From: Geosiphon pyriformis uo1
Taxonomy: Eukaryota > Fungi > Glomeromycota
Assembly (NCBI GenBank): GCA_016748015.1
Contig: JAAOMT010000675.1
Span: 744,001 to 808,000, forward strand
Length of the DNA stretch: 64,000 bases
Direction of reading: 5' to 3'
The translations under genes and the position numbers were made by a program. Below, in pieces: positions 1 to 10,088 of this stretch (position 1 is the first letter of the stretch; each line of letters starts with the position of its first letter). The notes under the pieces were generated by a model that was not told where the DNA came from, made no database searches, and saw nothing but the letters and a program-made list of their open reading frames with translations.

Positions 1-3000
1 TACCTCAGAAAATGCCTCACCCAATAATCTGGAAACCAACCAAAAACAATCATCTACCAACAACATACCTCCAGCCACTGTTACTAATGACAAATCACTA
101 ACAGCAATCTTCCTGTTCAAACTTGAAAAAACCACAACAGTTTCATTATTCAGTAAAGTTGTTCTTGATATCAAACCAATTACTGCCATGTACACTGATG
201 CAAAAGTTGATGGCCATGTCATCAAACTGATCCTAGATAGTGGATCAGCTGGCAGCATCATCACATGACAACTCATGAACCAATTAGGTTGCAGAGTTGA
301 TTGTACTGTCAGCATGCGCATAATCACTGCTAATGGAGCAACCAAAACCCCTATTGGTGAAATTGATGACTTCTCTTTTGAAGTCAATGGTATTATTACT
401 TCCATCAAAGTTCTAGTGATAGAACCAACTTAATATCAAGCATTAGTAGGAAATGACTGGTTGTTTAAGACCAACACTATACTAAACTAAACAATACAGA
501 AGCTTCAACTTAACCAAAATGGTTGACACACACATATACCAGCCACATGTGGCCACTTCAAGCCAATCAATATGCCAGCACCTTTTATCAAGTTTAAGGA
601 AGAAGAGAAAAAACCTACCTGGGAAGCCTATCAAGTGTTCTGGGCCAACAAAGACTACAACAAGTTGCTGCCAATATTCTTCTGAGATGACAAAAAAGGA
701 AAGAAGAACCTACCTGGAATTCTGACCAAACCTGGAAAACCGACAACGATCAAGATGAAATAACAATGTGAGAAGAGAAAAAAATAATGATAAGGGAAAA
801 AAGAAAGCAAAAGAAGAAGATCCAATACTGACTACTATTTATAATGACTGCACCTATACTATTCTACAACGATCTACTTATCGTCAACCAAAACTCATAT
901 GCGTTAATTGTGACAAGAAATTGTTGTCAATAGATATGTGCTGTAGTGACAATAAGGAATACTTAACAGTAACCAAATTCTACTGCCACACATGCATCAT
1001 AGAATGCTTTAGATATCCAAAATAGCAAGAAAAATGGAACAATAAATCTTGTCTAGCTTGTGAAGAAACATTACTTAACGAAGGAATGTGGAACAACATT
1101 TCTGGTCAAGGAGGAACATATGATACTGTGTGCCAGTACACAATTCTCATCAGTGACTGGGTTAGAAAAAGGACACTAATAGAAGCTGTCTGGAAAAAAG
1201 CCATACAGCAGTTGGACAGTTGTCCACATGATGATGATAAGATATGGAGAATGGCAATTGCCAAAATCAAAAAAACATCACCAAAAGAAATAAGGATGAT
1301 CAAAAACAACCCACCAGAATCCATAGAACTTAACTGGAACTCAAAACCAGTTATAAATCTCTTGGACCCAAAACAATTCTACAAACACTATCAAGAACTA
1401 GTACCTACAAGAGAAAAGCAGGCACAATGCTTGGAAGAAATCAACACCTGACTATGTGATTACTGTTTGATTTCATGTAACTTCCAATATTGTAATAAGT
1501 GTAACCTTATTTACAATCCACTACCACGCATGATTTACATGATCCCAGAAAAAAAAGAATCAATCAACAGCTGTGCATCAGAATTGGAATCAACTTTCAA
1601 TCCTAATTCAAACTCTGACAATAATAATGACAAAAATAACAGTTCCAGCTCCACTCAATATGGCAACAAAGATAACAAAAATTTGGACTCCAATTCAAAC
1701 CCCGAAACATACATTGCACTCTCTGATCTCACCAAGGAATAAGAACTCAAATGGTTCAGTGATAATAATAAAAATATTATGCCAGAACACATGCATAATA
1801 CTGATACAGGATTTGATCTAAGATATCCAAAGAAATATCTCATCAAATTGAAACCATATTTGCATACTTGTATTGATCTGAAAATAGCACTGAAAATTCT
1901 AGCAATGACAAGCATCCAGGAGTAGTTTAGCAAAAAAAGGGATCAACATCAGAGGAGGAATAATTGACACAGAATACATAGAAAATATTATTGCTATGCT
2001 ACAAAATGACTCAGAAAAGACCTACACCATAGATCCAAACAAAAAAATAGCACAGGCAATATTTCTACTTTTGGTTAAAATAGCTAAATTAGTATTAATG
2101 GGAAACAGGAAAAAATTAAGGATAACAGCAAGAGAGATACAAGGATTTGGATCTATGGATAGAATAGATATACTAGTTAATATGATAGAGGAAGAGATTA
2201 TTAACAAAGAAGAAATTATCTCAAACCATCAATCAATTTCTATTCCACCATATAACCAGTATATGTTAGCCATAAAAAAAGAAGTAAAGAATCAAGCTCA
2301 GTTGTTTGAAGCAAAAGCCACTATTTGCAAATCAGGAAAGATTGAATTCACTAATCTCTACATATCAGCCAAAAGCCCCAAAAACATCAAAATTTCTATC
2401 TACAACACAATGGGAAGTGTCATTAAAATACCAAAGAGAACCATTATTGAATATTTAACTACCAAAGTTGAGGATCAACCACCAAACCACATTCCAGATT
2501 TTCTACAGCTTTGCGGATATGTGGATATTACATCACAAACTATCTATGGACAAAGTGAATGTTATTTGCTCCAACCAGAACAATTGGAACAGATAAACAT
2601 GGAGAATCTGAATCCATTCCAACAGATACAACTAAAGATATTACTCAGCAATTTTAATGACATTTTTGCTAGTGAAAATGAATTTGGTCACACCAGCATT
2701 ATTCAGCATCAGATCAAAACTGGAGATGCAATGCCAATTAAACAAAGAAGATACAGAATACCATTAGCTAGCCATGAGATCATTTGTCAAGAAATCAATT
2801 AGATGCTTAATAATAGGCTAATTCAGCTATTAATGAGTCCATAGTTATCACCAGTGGTACTAATTTGAAAGAAAAATGAGAAAATCTGTTTTTGTGTGGA
2901 CTATTGAAAACTGAATAAAGTAACTAAAATTGATAGTTATCCAACTCCAAAGATCCAAAAACTATTTGATGCTTTTGAAAAAAATAAATGGTCCTTGACA

Positions 3001-5406
3001 CTAGATTTAGATGGTGGTTACTGGCAAGTAGCCATGAACTCAGCCAACAAGGAAAAAACAGCATTTACCACAAGAGAGAGAAATTTTGAGTTTGAAGTCA
3101 TGCCATTTGGCTTGATAAATACACCAGCAACATTTCAATGGCTTATAGAAATTGTCTATACTGAATTACTATGGAAATCAGTAGTCGTATACTTGGATGA
3201 CACCAATATGTTCTCAAAAACATTTGATAATTATCTGCATCATCTCTAACAAGTGTTTGAAAGATTAAGAAAAGCTGGATTAAAACTAAATGCAACAAAA
3301 TGTTTCTTTGAAAAAACTGAACTCAAGTTTTTGGGACATGTAGTAAGTAAAGATGGAATCAAAACAGATCCAGACAAGATTGAAGTTGTTAAGAACTTTT
3401 CAGTACCAACTAACTTGACAGAACTAAGAGCATTTTTGGGATTCGCAGGCTATTATTACCACTTTATCAAAGACTTTTTGAAATTGGCTCAGCCATTTCA
3501 CCATCTACAAACCAAGAATGTGAAGTATAAATAGACCAAAGCTTAACAAAAAGCATTCTACACATTAAGAAAAAAGCTTATTCAAGCTTCAGTATTGATG
3601 TATCCAGATCATAGCAAGCCATTCATAATTACAACTAATGCATCTGGTCAAGCATTGAGAGCAGTACTTTCACAGAAAAAACCAGATAGAAGAGAACATC
3701 CAGTAGCTTATGTTAGTAAAAGCTTAAGTCTAGCAGAAAAAAACTATAGAACTCCAGCACTAGAATACTTAGCTATCTATTAGGCTATTATCAAATGGAA
3801 AGAATACTTGAGTCAGAAGTTTGATGTATATACTGATCACAAAGGATTGATTTCAATCCAGAAGCAAAAATTTAGAAACAATTACCATGTCAGATGGAAA
3901 ATAGAACTTTCACCATTCAATTATACAGTACATTATAAAAAAGAAAAAGACAATAGAAATGCTAACAGTTTGTAGTAAATGAGACAAATCTAAAAACATT
4001 TCAACCCAAAAATATAACAAAAGATGAATATCCAAAAATACAAACAATTTCAACATTATATAAATACCCAATTGTTCAAGGAAAAATTATCTCAACAGGA
4101 ACAAAGAAGCATAAAACAACAATCAAAATATTTTATCAACCATCAAAATGTACTTTACTGAAAGAACAGAAGAAATTCAGAGCAACCAACCAGAGTAATC
4201 ATAAAACCAGAGAAAGAAACAATATTATTTAACATGCACTCAGATCCAACAGCAGAACACTTTTACAAAGAAGCAACCATGGAAAGAACCAAAAAAAGAT
4301 ATTATTGGCTATCAATGTATCTAAACATCATTCAATACGTTCAAAATTGTAATGCTTGTCAAAGAAGAAATGGAACAAAACCCAGTAAATCATTAAGACT
4401 AATCAAAGTAAGACAACCATTTGATCACATTGGAATTGACTTAGTTGGACTATTAACAATCACCAGTAGAGACAACAGATATATTGTAGCAGCTATGAAC
4501 TATCTTACAAAATGGCCAGAAGCAAAAACCATTCAAAGAGCAGATGCAGAATTCATTGCCGAATTTGTTCATCAAGATCTGATTTGTCAACATGGATGTT
4601 CAAAAAAATTATTATCAGATCAAAGAACCCACTTTGTGAACAAAATATTGACAGAATTAAGTCAAAGATTTAGAATTAAAAGACCATTATTATCACTATA
4701 CCATTTACAAACAAATGGCTTAGTTGAAAGATTTAATAGAATACTGTGTGAAGCAATAGTCAAAATTAGCCAAAAAAACCAGAACAAATGAGATTTGTTT
4801 ATACTATCAATATTATTTGCTTATCGGACAATAAAGCAAGATACCATACAAGCAATATCATTTGAATTGGTATATAGTAGAACAACAACATTACCAGTTG
4901 AGATAGAGATTAATATATATCTAATTAAACCAATAACAGAAGATAATTTCCAAGAAACATTGTTGAAAAGAACATATGACTTAATAAAAACACTAAAAAA
5001 CAGATGACGAAAAGCAGCTAATAACATCCAAAAGTCACAAAAAAAGCAAAAAAAATAACACAATAACTAACTACCAGATAAACCAGTTGAATTCAAGATT
5101 GGAGACAAAGTACTATTACATTATACCAAAGTGGAAAAACAATGGAATGGAAAATTTGACCTCAAATAGAACAGACCATTTCACATAAAAGAAATTCTAG
5201 GAAATAAAGCTTATAAATTAAGATAAAACAACAAAATCTTAGCCAAAGCAGCACATGGTAATTGACTGAAACTATATCACTAAATAGTATCATTATTTAC
5301 CAATAACATTCCACAACTGGGAGTACAAAGAATACTAGTTCAACCAGATAAGATTTTACAAGATCTGAAACCAATCATAGTTATTGAACCAAACACGTCA
5401 AATTGA
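1..5406 (+). pseudogene. pol: pol polyprotein of element A (PR, Cys-rich, dUTPase, dUTPase-like, RT, RH, IN), many stops and frameshifts
   Basis: Collinear ORF fragments 768-5007; most stops are explainable as CAA>TAA, CGA>TGA or TGG>TAG; ends with a GPF module and no chromodomain. Confidence 0.95.
1745..2160 (+). pseudogene. dut: dUTPase domain in element A pol (frameshifted by a short deletion before motif 2)
   Basis: TDTGFDL, SRSSL, GGIIDTEY, KIAQAIF and REIQGFGSM correspond to motifs 1-5 of trimeric dUTPases. Confidence 0.93.
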
Positions 5407-5461
5407 ACAACCAAAAAGTATATAAAGACACAGTACATGTGACAAAAGCAACAAAAAAAAA

Positions 5462-6097
5462 ATGGAAATACCAAATTATATTCACACTATAACTCAACAA
5501 TTGTTCCAGGCCTTAAGTCAACAACAGTTAGATATGAAAATTGTTATTAACAACCAAATAATTTGCTATCAAAACACCCAAAAAAAAACAAAAAATACAC
5601 CATATCAGTGGCCACCAAAGAATGACAAAAACTGGACAGATAACTTAATAAAAAAAGTGAAGAACACTTTTGGAAAAATACCTATTATAACACCAACAGA
5701 AGAACTTACAAAAGAAAATTGGAAGCAATAGACAGAATGACTTTCAATATTATATTGCTACTACCAGTTAGGTCAAAAATTGAATATTCAGGAGTTGTAT
5801 ATCAACAAATCCAAGAAAATATTCAACCAAGACATAATACAACAAATTAAAGAATTTATTGGAAAGAAAACAAGTTCAACACTACATGTTAAAACAATGT
5901 ATTGACTATACAACATATTTCGAAATTATCCAGAAATACTGTTACACTCTGACATGAAAACCATAACCATTAACCAATAGAGAAAAATAAACAATACACA
6001 AGTAGAAGATGTGAGAAACAGAGTTGAACAAACAATACTTGAAAAAGAAGTATTAGAATTAATTCAAAACAAAGATTTTGATAGAGCTCAATATTAA
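5462..6097 (+). pseudogene. Accessory ORF3 of element A (env position, ~211 aa, soluble, unknown function)
   Basis: One frame from ATG 5462 to TAA 6097 with a few internal stops; homologous ORFs at the same position in B, C, D and F. Confidence 0.85.
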
Positions 6098-6111
6098 AAA
6101 AGAGGAGATAG
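6096..6111 (+). other. Polypurine tract of element A
   Basis: aaaaaagaggagatag directly before TGTTAC of the 3' LTR. Confidence 0.85.
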
Positions 6112-7000
6112 TGTTACTCATAAAAAAAAACAAATATAGAAAAAATAATAGACCAATAGGAGAATAGTAGTTAGCACATGAGCATATTGTTCAGCAATAT
6201 AAAGCAATGTCAGAAATTATGGCACATTGCTTAGCAATATAGAGCAATATCAGAAATCGCAGCATATTGTTTAGCAATATGGAGCAATGTTAAGAAAATA
6301 TAGCACATTGCTTGAGAAATTATAGCACATTGCTCAAGAATGTGAGTGATCTCATAAAACCCAAATTATGTATATATAATGGTAGTATTAGAAATAGAAA
6401 AGACAGACCTCTTAGTTTAGATTTTATCTAAGCAACTTTCCAATTCACAAATATTAATAAATAATTATTCTTTATCTTAAATCCACTCTTCACTATTAAC
6501 ATGAAGTATTGATAGTAATTGATACTTAACCATGCTAGAACAATAGCTCTTGATTACAGCTATTAATGGGATACTAACTTGCAATTGCTTTTGTTTATTT
6601 TCTTTTATTTTCTTTTATTTTCTTTGTTTTACTAATTGATTGAAGATTAAGCACTGAGTTATTGACATCAAGAATAGTCTGGTAAAAGACTCCAAAGAAA
6701 GGGTATAGGATTTATATATATTAACGGATAGCTTATCAGAAAGGCATCTCTGCCAGATTACCGGTCACCATGCTGAGAAAGAAATTTGATGGAATTGCAA
6801 TTCTGGAAGGCTACTAAAAAGACAACAATTGAATCTCTGTCTATTATACAAAGAACTCAACAACAAAACCTTCAGATAAATCACACCATCAAATAATAAC
6901 AACATACTAACATTACCAATACCATTTACCAGATTAATCACTGAGCACCAAGTTACAGGTTTGTTATTTGATTTGAAACCCCAAATATTCATCTGTAACA
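6112..7000 (+). repeat. 3' LTR of element A (889 bp)
   Basis: TGTTAC...GTAACA termini; TATA-like tatatataa near 6371; downstream half similar to the LTR of E. Confidence 0.93.
6172..6340 (+). repeat. U3 tandem array in LTR A (~40-bp units containing the palindrome ATTGC-N3-GCAAT)
   Basis: gcatattgttcagcaatataaagcaatgtcagaaatt.. / gcacattgcttagcaatatagagcaatatcagaaatc.. / gcatattgtttagcaatatggagcaatgttaagaaa.. plus partial units. Confidence 0.85.
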
Positions 7001-8110
7001 TTGGTTAAAATTAAAGATATTTCTGTAAATTAAACCAAGATAAAAAGCCATTCTAATATTTTAAACAATAAATGTGTTAATAAATTGGCAGATTGAATTA
7101 CATATTCAAAATTTATTTTCTTAATAAACATTAAAAAAAATTTTTGATAACTAATAATAAAGTGGTATTTAGTAATATTCAGTATTTTATTAAGACAGTA
7201 TATAATACTATAAGGTATTTTTAATGCAAAATTGGATTAGGTTTTAATATTATAAATTTTTTACATATTAATAACATTAATTAGAAACTTATTGTATTGG
7301 TTTGACATTTCAATTTTTACATAACAACTAGATACACAAGCAAAAAAACTGTTAGTTTATGTATGTATTTGATAAAAACACTGTATAAAAAATTGTTTAT
7401 AATTGTTAAAAAGTATTTATATAATTATAATTATTTAAATATATTGTATATATGTTGTAGTGAAATAAAGTTTTTGGATTATAGTTTTGTTTATAGCTTA
7501 AATTTATTTGCCTATTATAATTTATTGTATGAATATTTTTTTTGAAAATTCTTAACTAATGTAATTTTGGCCTTATTTTTGGTTTTTTAATTATTGGTTT
7601 TATGTGCTTTTAATATAAGTTTATATACAGTTTTGTATAAAAGATTTGTGTTTGAAAATTGGTTAAAAAAGACCAAAATTTTTCTTAAAGATGTCAATTT
7701 AATTATGGCTAAATTGGTTAAGTTTGTTTAGAATTTAGTTATTAGTTACAAAAAGCATATTTAAATGCTTAATTTAATATTTCAGACTAACATGGATTAA
7801 AGAAGTTTGTTGAATAAAAATTGCTTTTTGTTTGATGTTGTTTACAGCTTTTTAGTTAGAGTTTTAGTTAGTGTTGTCTGTTTGTTAAAAATTAAAAAAA
7901 ATCATGCTATTAATTTTAGTTCAAAAATAAATTGTCTGTTTTTTACAAGTACAGCTAAAGATGTTTTTGTTAATATAATTATATAGTATAACTTTAACTG
8001 GTTGGATGGCTAATTATATATAGCAAGCATATAAATTACATATAATTTAAAACTCCAAATAGTTGTATTGTATTAGATAATAATTGGACTTTATTTATAA
8101 AATAAAATAA
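7001..8110 (+). mobile_element. Eroded LINE relic (RNase H end, CCHC finger, ORF2 C-terminus, 3' UTR, A-tail) into which element A inserted
   Basis: KIKSHSNILNNKCVNKLA matches KVKSHSGILKNEHANMIA; MYLIKTLYKKLFIIVKKYLY..ICCSEIKFLDYSF matches MYFIKALYHCLPIAIRKCFY..LYCGEVEVSDHAF; LYKRFVFENW matches LFKGFVFDGW of the LINE at 23271-29410; similar 3' UTR ending in aaaataaaa. Confidence 0.85.
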
Positions 8111-8520
8111 ATATTTATTTTTATTATTAATTTAATAATTAAAAACACTTTAAAAAAATTATAAACTTTAATTAGTATTTTAAAATATATATAAAATCTT
8201 ATAACTTAGTATGTTAATTTTTATTTAATAAAATCAAATATATAAAAAATTTGTTTAATTTTTTAAATACATATATATAAAAACCAATAAAATTATAACA
8301 GATTTTAATTTAATAAATAAATATTAAATATTTAATAATTAAAACTAAAATTATAATTAAAATTAATAATATTATAATATTTTTTAATCTATAATTATTC
8401 TTATAAATAATTTTATTTAAAAAATATATTGTTATGATTGAAAACTATAGTTTTTATTAGTTATTATATCTATTAACTATTAATGTTACATAATTAACCA
8501 CTTTATTTTTAAATAGTAAT

Positions 8521-8637
8521 TAATAATTTAATTATTAACTTAATTATTAATCTGATTAATAATCTGACTGTTAATTTGATTATTGACCTAATTAATAACT
8601 TGATTGTTAATCTGATTAATGACTTAATTATTGACCA
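8521..8637. repeat. Degenerate 12-bp minisatellite (~10 units)
   Basis: tattaatctgat taataatctgac tgttaatttgat tattgacctaat taataacttgat tgttaatctgat taatgacttaat tattgacc. Confidence 0.75.
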
Positions 8638-9061
8638 CTTTTAATAACTATATAAGTAATAAGTCTTTTAGCTATAAAAGAACATGATCAAAATAACAAA
8701 ATAAAACTCATTATTAATTATTTTTTTTCATATTGCTTATTTTTTCTTTTTTCTTTTCAAGTATTTAAACATCTTGGAATAAAAGATTACTTATTGGTCT
8801 TTACATATCTTATTTTTTTCTTTTTTTAATTTGTATTATTAGAATTAAACTAAAAAATTATTGCTTGCTTTTGTAATTTCTTAAATAAAAAAACAATTAA
8901 AAAACATAATAATACTTATTATTAATTCTAAAAATTACTGAATTGAAACATAAAATAATAGTAGCAATATTATCTTGTTGACAATTATGAACTATTTTTT
9001 TATCTTTAAATTTTCAAAAAAAATTTACAACTGTGATTTTTATAAAATTAATTATATACAT

Positions 9062-10043
9062 TGTTACCAGTAGAATTTTAGCTATTAATTAGCATGAAAT
9101 TACCCTTATAATTCCTATTATTAATTAGCATAAATTATTATTAATTTGATTATCACTTATTATTTAATCAAATTATCAAATATTATTACTCAATCAATAA
9201 TCCGATTTGTACTCTAGAAATTAAGATGATCAAATTACACAATACTCTGAATCTTTTAACATAGTCAAAATTCGCCGAAATTAATGAAAATTCGCCGAAA
9301 TAATCAATAGTTCAGTGAAATAACTTGTAAATTCGCCAAAATGTATTTTTAGTTTACCCAAATTGTAGCAAAGAGAAAAGTACAAGTTCAAAGACTAGTA
9401 CTACAACAAGTTGTATAAAAAAAAAGCTTTTCTCTTCAAAAAAATATATCTTCTTATCTTCTCCTAGTATCTTACTATAGTATCTTACTGTAGATATCTT
9501 AATTGAAACAAATCATCTTTTACAAAATCAAATAAAAATCAAATATTCAAAAACCAAATTCTTAAATTATTACACTTAAAATTCCCTCAATACAACTAAC
9601 GTTTTGAAATTGATTAGCTACCAATTTCAGTAAACTGTTAGTGACTCCAGGCCTAGATAGAAAACGTTTTCCTTAACAAAATTCTATTTCTTTTACATTT
9701 TTTTTATTTTTTTTCTTCTTTTCTTATTACAATCATTGGGGTAGCCTACAGACGAGATTTCTGTAGAAGATTTAACTTTTACAGCAAAGTAACTACACAT
9801 TTTTTAGTGAGCTTCCAAACAAGCAATTCCTGGGAAAAAGTTGATGTTTACTACAACATAACTACATAAAGTAACTGGCAAGAAATTGGCCATTCCACTT
9901 ATAAGCCCAGCAGTTCAAATTATAAGAGATAATTTGAAGATAAATTCAGTTACTGGAGGTTTAACTACTTCTAGAAAATGTGAATTTGCAACCAACAGAC
10001 ATTTACAACATTCAAGAAAAGAGACCAAAAACCTCTGGTAACA
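9062..10043 (+). repeat. 5' LTR of element B
   Basis: TGTTAC...GTAACA; direct repeat of 18003-18981. Confidence 0.97.
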
Positions 10044-10045
10044 TT

Positions 10046-10063
10046 TGGTGCTCTCCCACAGAA
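10046..10063 (+). promoter_or_regulatory. Primer-binding site of B (TGGTGCTCTCCCACAGAA)
   Basis: Starts with TGG 2 nt after the LTR; complementary to a tRNA 3' end ...GAGAGCACCA, which is not initiator Met. Confidence 0.88.
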
Positions 10064-10088
10064 ATAACACAGCAACAACAAATTCAAA

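Larger units (their letters stand above)
1..7000 (+). mobile_element. Ty3/Gypsy LTR retrotransposon A (family 1); 5' part lies upstream of the window
   Basis: Domain order PR (IKLILDSGSAGS ~220-255), Cys-rich insert, dUTPase, RT (VVVYLDD ~3180-3200), RNase H, IN (zinc-binding HHCC region; HIGIDLVG; TNGLVERFN), then ORF3, PPT and a 3' LTR TGTTAC...GTAACA. Confidence 0.97.

Noticed and set aside
5462-6097. ORF3 as an envelope gene
   Set aside because: Too short, with no signal peptide, furin site or transmembrane anchor.
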